A DNA stretch of 10,603 bases from Verrucomicrobiota bacterium (GTDB taxonomy: Bacteria; Verrucomicrobiota; Verrucomicrobiia; Limisphaerales; CANJSG01): contig JBBQXJ010000113.1 in the NCBI GenBank assembly GCA_038209745.1, positions 1 through 10,603 of the forward strand. The letters run 5' to 3'. The notes beneath the pieces were generated by a model. It searched no databases. It saw only the letters and a list, made by a program, of their open reading frames with translations, and was not told the DNA's origin. The translations under genes were made by a program, and so were the position numbers. Shown in pieces: positions 6,644-10,603 of this stretch (position 1 is its first letter; every line of letters starts with the position of its first letter).

Positions 6644-7339
6644 ATGTCCGCCATCCTCGAAGTCCACCGGGTCACCAAGTCGTTCCAGACGGCGGCCGGC
6701 CTCCTGCCCGTGCTCAAGGAAGTGAGCTTCGAGCTGCCCAAGGGTTCGACCTGCTCCATCGTCGGCCCGTCCGGTAGCGGCAAGACCACGCTGCTCGGCC
6801 TCTGCGCCGGCCTCGACCAACCCACCACCGGCGAGGTCCGCATCGGTGCCCGTTCGCTCAAGGGTCTGGACGAGGACGCGCTCGCCAGGATGCGCAGCGA
6901 CTTCGTCGGCTTCGTCTTCCAGAATTTCCAGCTCATCCCCACGTTGACCGCGTTGGAGAACGTGATGGTGCCGGCCGAACTGCGCGGCACCAAAGGCGTG
7001 GAACAGGAAGCCATCCGCCTGCTGACCCGAGTCGGACTGGGCGAACGGCTGGAGCACTACCCCTCCCAGCTTTCCGGTGGCGAACAACAGCGTGTCGCCC
7101 TCGCCCGCGCCTTTATCAATCGCCCGCAGATCCTTTTCGCCGATGAACCGACCGGAAACCTCGATGCCGAAACCAGCGCCTGCATCGTGGAGCTGCTCTT
7201 CGAGCTGAACCGCGACGCCGGCACCGCGTTGGTCCTCGTGACCCACGACCCCGACCTCGCCACCCGCACCCAGCGCGTCATCCGGCTCAGAGGCGGCGCG
7301 GTGGTGGAAGACACCCTCCGCGAGGCGGCGAGCGTATGA
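6644..7339 (+). CDS. ybbA: ABC transporter ATP-binding protein (YbbA/LolD/MacB-type)
   Basis: Walker A GPSGSGKT, Q-loop VFQNFQL, signature LSGGEQQRV, Walker B/D-loop ILFADEPTGNLD, H-loop LVTHD. ATG 6644 preferred over TTG 6608. Synteny with tesA and the ybbP-like permease. Confidence 0.92.
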   Translation: MSAILEVHRVTKSFQTAAGLLPVLKEVSFELPKGSTCSIVGPSGSGKTTLLGLCAGLDQPTTGEVRIGARSLKGLDEDALARMRSDFVGFVFQNFQLIPTLTALENVMVPAELRGTKGVEQEAIRLLTRVGLGERLEHYPSQLSGGEQQRVALARAFINRPQILFADEPTGNLDAETSACIVELLFELNRDAGTALVLVTHDPDLATRTQRVIRLRGGAVVEDTLREAASV

Positions 7340-7683
7340 GCGCTCGCCGTTCAATCAAGGGTGGGGCGAAGGCTCCCGCCGAGCCGTTCCACGGTAGGGA
7401 CGGCTGGCCCAGCCGTCCCCATTTCGAGCGCAGGGAGGCGACCGAAGGGAGCCTCTCGCACAGCAGACACCATCCCGAGAGGCTCGCTCCGCTCGCACCT
7501 CCTACGTCGGCAGATGGGGACGCCTCGTCGATGGGTCCCTACCAACCCGGTAGGGCGGCGTTGCCGCGCCGCCCCATCCATTCGTCGGCGCTTCACGCTC
7601 GACGGGAAATCACGGCCTCGGAGCACCTCAGCCCCACCACGAGGTCTCGACGAGAGCCTTCGCCCTACCCCACCCGTCCATGA
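7336..7683 (+). CDS. Putative REP-derived 115-aa ORF translationally coupled to both ybbA and ybbP
   Basis: ATG 7336-7338 overlaps the ATPase TGA 7337-7339, and its TGA 7681-7683 overlaps the permease ATG 7680-7682. Open throughout. The product is Pro/Arg/Ser/Ala-rich with no recognisable domain; translation is unproven. Confidence 0.4.
   Translation: MSARRSIKGGAKAPAEPFHGRDGWPSRPHFERREATEGSLSHSRHHPERLAPLAPPTSADGDASSMGPYQPGRAALPRRPIHSSALHARREITASEHLSPTTRSRREPSPYPTRP
7359..7670. repeat. Nested REP-doublet (REPIN/BIME-like) cluster: A[B[C C']B' D D']A'
   Basis: Inverted pairs: A 7359-7385 / A' 7643-7670 (22/25 over the first 25 nt); B 7393-7422 / B' 7514-7543 (23/30); C 7438-7458 / C' 7476-7496 (18/21, CTAC end at 7502-7505); D 7549-7573 / D' 7614-7638 (17/25). 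Heads are GTAG/GTGG/GCAG followed by palindromic sequence, e.g. GTAG-GGACGGCTG-GCC-CAGCCGTCC and GTAG-GGCGGCG-TTGCCG-CGCCGCC. Confidence 0.85.
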
Positions 7684-10226
7684 TCCTCCAAGTCCTCCAT
7701 CATCTCTTCCAGCCGTGGACTTGGCGCATGGCCTGGCGCGACAGCCGAAATAGCCGCGGGCGCTTGTTGGTCTTTTCCTCGTCCATCGTTCTCGGCATCG
7801 CCGCGCTCGTCGCCATCGCCTCGTTCGGCAAGAACCTCGAGCAGGCCATCGCGCTCCAGGCCCGCAGCCTTGTCGGCGCGGATCTGGTGCTGAATTCCCG
7901 GCAGCCGTTCAACGACGACGAGAAAGCCCTCTTCAGGTCGATCGGCGGCGAGCAAGCCAGCGAGGCGGCCTTCTCCTCCATGCTGCATTTCCCGGACAAT
8001 CGCGGCAGCCGCCTCGTCCAAGTGCGCGCGATCGAGGGCAACTTCCCCTTCTACGGCACGCTGGAAACCGAGCCCGCCAGCGCCGAACGCGACTTCCGCA
8101 ACGGCGGCGCCCTGGTCGAAGAAAGCCTGCTGCTCCAGTTCGGCGCCAAGGTCGGCGATATCGTCCGCATCGGCGATCTGACCAACCGCGTGGTCGGCGC
8201 GCTCAAGAAGGTGCCGGGCGAAACCGTCGTCTTCGCCACCATCGCGCCGCGCGTCTTCGTCAGCCTTGCGGAGGTCGAGGAGGCCAACCTCATCCGCGAC
8301 GGCAGCCTGGCCCGTTACAAGGAGTTCTTCCGCCTGCCCGATTCCACCGATGTCCCGGCGCTGACCAAGAAGTTGCGCCCCGACTTCGAACGTCTCCAAC
8401 TCTCCGCCGACACCGTGGAACGCAGTCAGGAACGCCTCGGTCGCACGATGGAGAACATGACCAACTTCCTAAGCCTCGTCGGCTTTGTCGCGCTGCTGCT
8501 GGGCGGTGTCGGCGTGGCCAGCGCCATCCACACCCATGTCAAACAGAAGCTCCCCGTCGCCGCCGTGCTGCGCTGCCTCGGCGCGACCAATGCCCGCACC
8601 TACGCCGTCTACCTCGCGCAGGCGGTCGCGCTCGGAGCGATTGGCGCCAGCGCCGGCGCGCTGCTTGGGATTCTCGTCCAGCTCGGCCTGCCCCGCGTCC
8701 TCGGCGACTTCCTGCCCATGCAGATCGACTTCTCCGTTGCCTGGGGCGCCGTCGCGGAATCGATGTTCGCCGGGTTCGCGCTCTGCGTGCTCTTCGCCCT
8801 GTGGCCGCTGCTGGATCTGCGCCGCGTCTCGCCGCTGGCCGCCATCCGTTCGGCGGTGCAGCCGACCACGGGCCAAGATCCGGCCAAATGGCTCGCGGCG
8901 CTGCTGCTCCTGGCCGGCATCGGTGCCTTCCTCGTGCGGCACACGGAGCGGAAGGCGCACGCCGTTGGGTTCGCAGTCGCACTGGTCGTGGCCTTCGCCG
9001 TGTTGGCCGTCGCCGCCTCCGTGCTCATGTGGATTACCCGCCGTTGGCTTGCGCCCGCCCTGCCTTACCTTTGGCTGCAAGGCGTCGCGAATCTTCATCG
9101 GCCCGGCAACCGCACGCTGTTGCTCATGGTCTCGGTCGGCCTCGGCACCTTTCTCATCACCACCATGCTGCTGGTGCAGCAGACGCTCCTCAAGCAGATC
9201 GGCCGGGACACCGGCGCCAGCGCGGCCAACACCGTGCTCTTCGACATCCAGCCCGACGAACGCGACGGCGTCGCCGCCATCCTCAAACAGCAGAAGCTCC
9301 CGATCCTCGACGAAGCCGCCGTCATCACCATGCGGCTCGCCAGCATCAAGGGCGTCAACGTCGAGGACACCGCCGCCGTCCGCTCGAACAACATTCCCCG
9401 TTGGCTCGCCCGGCGGGAATTCCGCTCCACCTATCGCGACACCCTGACCGAGGGCGAGAAGATCGTCGCCGGCACCTGGCCCGCCAAGAAGGAGCCCGGC
9501 ACGCCGTCGGTTCCCGTCTCGCTCGAATCCGGCGTCGCCAAGGATATGCGCGTCGGTCTCGGCGACATCATCGTCTGGGACGTCCAGGGCATTCCCATCG
9601 AGACCAAGGTCGCCGCCCTGCGCGAGGTCGATTGGCGCCGCGTCCAGCCGAACTTCTTCGCCGTCTTCCCGCCGTCCACGCTCAAGGGCGCCCCCGGATT
9701 CAACATCATCACCACCCGCGTGGATTCGCCGGAGCAGTCCGCCGCGCTCCAGCGCGCCGTCTCCCGCGACTACCCGACCGTCTCCAGCATCGACGCCACG
9801 CTCATCGTCAAGACCCTCGACGCCATCCTGGACAAGGTCGCCTTCGTCATCCGCTTCATGGCCGCCTTCACCGTGGCCACCGGCCTTCTCGTGCTGGCCG
9901 GCGCCATTCTCACCGGCCGTTTCCAGCGCATCCAGGAAAGCGTCCTCCTCCGCACCCTCGGTGCCACCCGTCCGCAAGTCCGTCTGATCCTCCTGGTGGA
10001 ATACGCCGGACTCGGCGTCTTGGCCGCCTTGACCGGCGTGCTCCTCGCCATGGGCGGTGCTTGGCTGCTGAGCCAGTTCGTCTTCCACACCCCGTTCCGC
10101 CCGACCGTCTGGCCCATCGCCGCGATGATCGTCGGCGTCAGCAGCCTAACCGTCGCCATCGGCTGGCTGGGAAGCCGAGGCGTGCTTAGCGCGCCGCCGC
10201 TGGAAGTGCTCCGGGCGGAGACGTGA
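7680..10226 (+). CDS. ybbP: ABC transporter permease, YbbP/FtsX-like (duplicated MacB-PCD + FtsX domains)
   Basis: 848 aa. N-terminus WRMAWRDSR..RLLVFSSSIVLGIAALVAI, LVGADLVL, FPFYG, AVLRCLGAT, LFDIQPDE, VDWRRVQPNFF, LLRTLGATRPQV, C-terminal PPLEVLR. Many TM segments; follows the ABC ATPase. Confidence 0.92.
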   Translation: MILQVLHHLFQPWTWRMAWRDSRNSRGRLLVFSSSIVLGIAALVAIASFGKNLEQAIALQARSLVGADLVLNSRQPFNDDEKALFRSIGGEQASEAAFSSMLHFPDNRGSRLVQVRAIEGNFPFYGTLETEPASAERDFRNGGALVEESLLLQFGAKVGDIVRIGDLTNRVVGALKKVPGETVVFATIAPRVFVSLAEVEEANLIRDGSLARYKEFFRLPDSTDVPALTKKLRPDFERLQLSADTVERSQERLGRTMENMTNFLSLVGFVALLLGGVGVASAIHTHVKQKLPVAAVLRCLGATNARTYAVYLAQAVALGAIGASAGALLGILVQLGLPRVLGDFLPMQIDFSVAWGAVAESMFAGFALCVLFALWPLLDLRRVSPLAAIRSAVQPTTGQDPAKWLAALLLLAGIGAFLVRHTERKAHAVGFAVALVVAFAVLAVAASVLMWITRRWLAPALPYLWLQGVANLHRPGNRTLLLMVSVGLGTFLITTMLLVQQTLLKQIGRDTGASAANTVLFDIQPDERDGVAAILKQQKLPILDEAAVITMRLASIKGVNVEDTAAVRSNNIPRWLARREFRSTYRDTLTEGEKIVAGTWPAKKEPGTPSVPVSLESGVAKDMRVGLGDIIVWDVQGIPIETKVAALREVDWRRVQPNFFAVFPPSTLKGAPGFNIITTRVDSPEQSAALQRAVSRDYPTVSSIDATLIVKTLDAILDKVAFVIRFMAAFTVATGLLVLAGAILTGRFQRIQESVLLRTLGATRPQVRLILLVEYAGLGVLAALTGVLLAMGGAWLLSQFVFHTPFRPTVWPIAAMIVGVSSLTVAIGWLGSRGVLSAPPLEVLRAET

Positions 10227-10240
10227 GCCGAGGATGCGAA

Positions 10241-10264
10241 GGAGCGCGGAGCATCGCTCCGCGT
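10241..10264 (+). repeat. GC-rich hairpin after permease (GGAG-headed REP-like unit or mRNA 3' stabiliser)
   Basis: GGAG-CGCGGAGC-ATC-GCTCCGCG: perfect 8-bp stem (10245-10252 / 10256-10263), enclosed by GAGCCGA (10225-10231) / TCGGCTC (10264-10270). No U-tract, so not called a terminator. Confidence 0.45.
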
Positions 10265-10298
10265 CGGCTCGCTGGCGCAGTAGAGCAGAATCGTCGCG

Positions 10299-10550
10299 TT
10301 GGTGCCGTTGATCCTCGGGCTGTGTGCTGTTCTTGGATCGTCGATTTACATCCTACAAAGGTCCGGTTTCTTAGTTCCGCATTCCTTCGACTCGTTCGTT
10401 CAGCATCACCTCGACGGCTTCGGTGTTTTGTCTTTTGGACTTGCTCTGACGGGTATGGCCCTAGGCATCGGTGGCCGAAGAGGGGTAGGAAAGCAGGAGC
10501 GCATGAGGGAGGAGAACGAGCCAGGAAGAGCGTTCCGCGCGTCGTGTTGA
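10299..10550 (+). CDS. Possible small membrane protein or gene remnant (two hydrophobic segments)
   Basis: VPLILGLCAVLGSSIYIL and GFGVLSFGLALTGMALGIGG, followed by a charged tail. TTG start, no SD, T-rich codon usage unlike the neighbouring genes. Confidence 0.3.
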   Translation: MVPLILGLCAVLGSSIYILQRSGFLVPHSFDSFVQHHLDGFGVLSFGLALTGMALGIGGRRGVGKQERMREENEPGRAFRASC

Positions 10551-10603
10551 GCGGGGTCGCCGGGAGGTTGTTTTCTTGGGAAAACCCCGCGAACGCCCGT
10601 ATA

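Noticed and set aside
7359..7670. CRISPR array, IS element or riboswitch interpretation of the repeat cluster
   Set aside because: The repeats are inverted, heterogeneous and nested, not regularly spaced direct repeats. No cas or transposase gene is present, and I recognise no riboswitch consensus.
8469..10189. Long alternative ORFs over the permease (539 aa minus, 462 aa and 320 aa plus)
   Set aside because: Shadow or off-frame ORFs typical of high-GC coding DNA; Arg/Pro/Gly-rich with no motifs.
10551..10590. Inverted repeats GCGGGGT/ACCCCGC and GTTTTC/GAAAAC near the right edge as a terminator
   Set aside because: Short interrupted stems, no U-tract after the stem, and context cut off by the window end.

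Overview
GC-rich bacterial DNA; the gene content (Tat-exported TIM barrel, DUF1080, GTAG-type REP palindromes) suggests Verrucomicrobia/PVC, which is an inference. From left to right: (1) a GT2-like glycosyltransferase on the minus strand that runs off the left edge and is missing from the ORF track, divergent from a HAD-IIB (MPGP/Cof-like) phosphatase; (2) a frameshifted RimJ/RimL GNAT pseudogene; (3) a Tat-signal xylose-isomerase-like TIM-barrel protein, then a secreted BSP (HExxH) + DUF1080 fusion, closed by an intrinsic terminator; (4) the conserved tesA <-> ybbA-ybbP module (GDSL esterase divergent from an ABC ATPase and FtsX-type permease). Three intergenic gaps hold REP-like palindromes of several types. 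The most unusual feature is at 7336-7683. A nested set of four inverted REP pairs sits between the ABC ATPase and its permease. A 115-codon ORF built almost entirely of REP sequence spans it and overlaps both neighbours by ATGA, so it may act as a translational bridge. No CRISPR array, tRNA, rRNA or transposase is visible.
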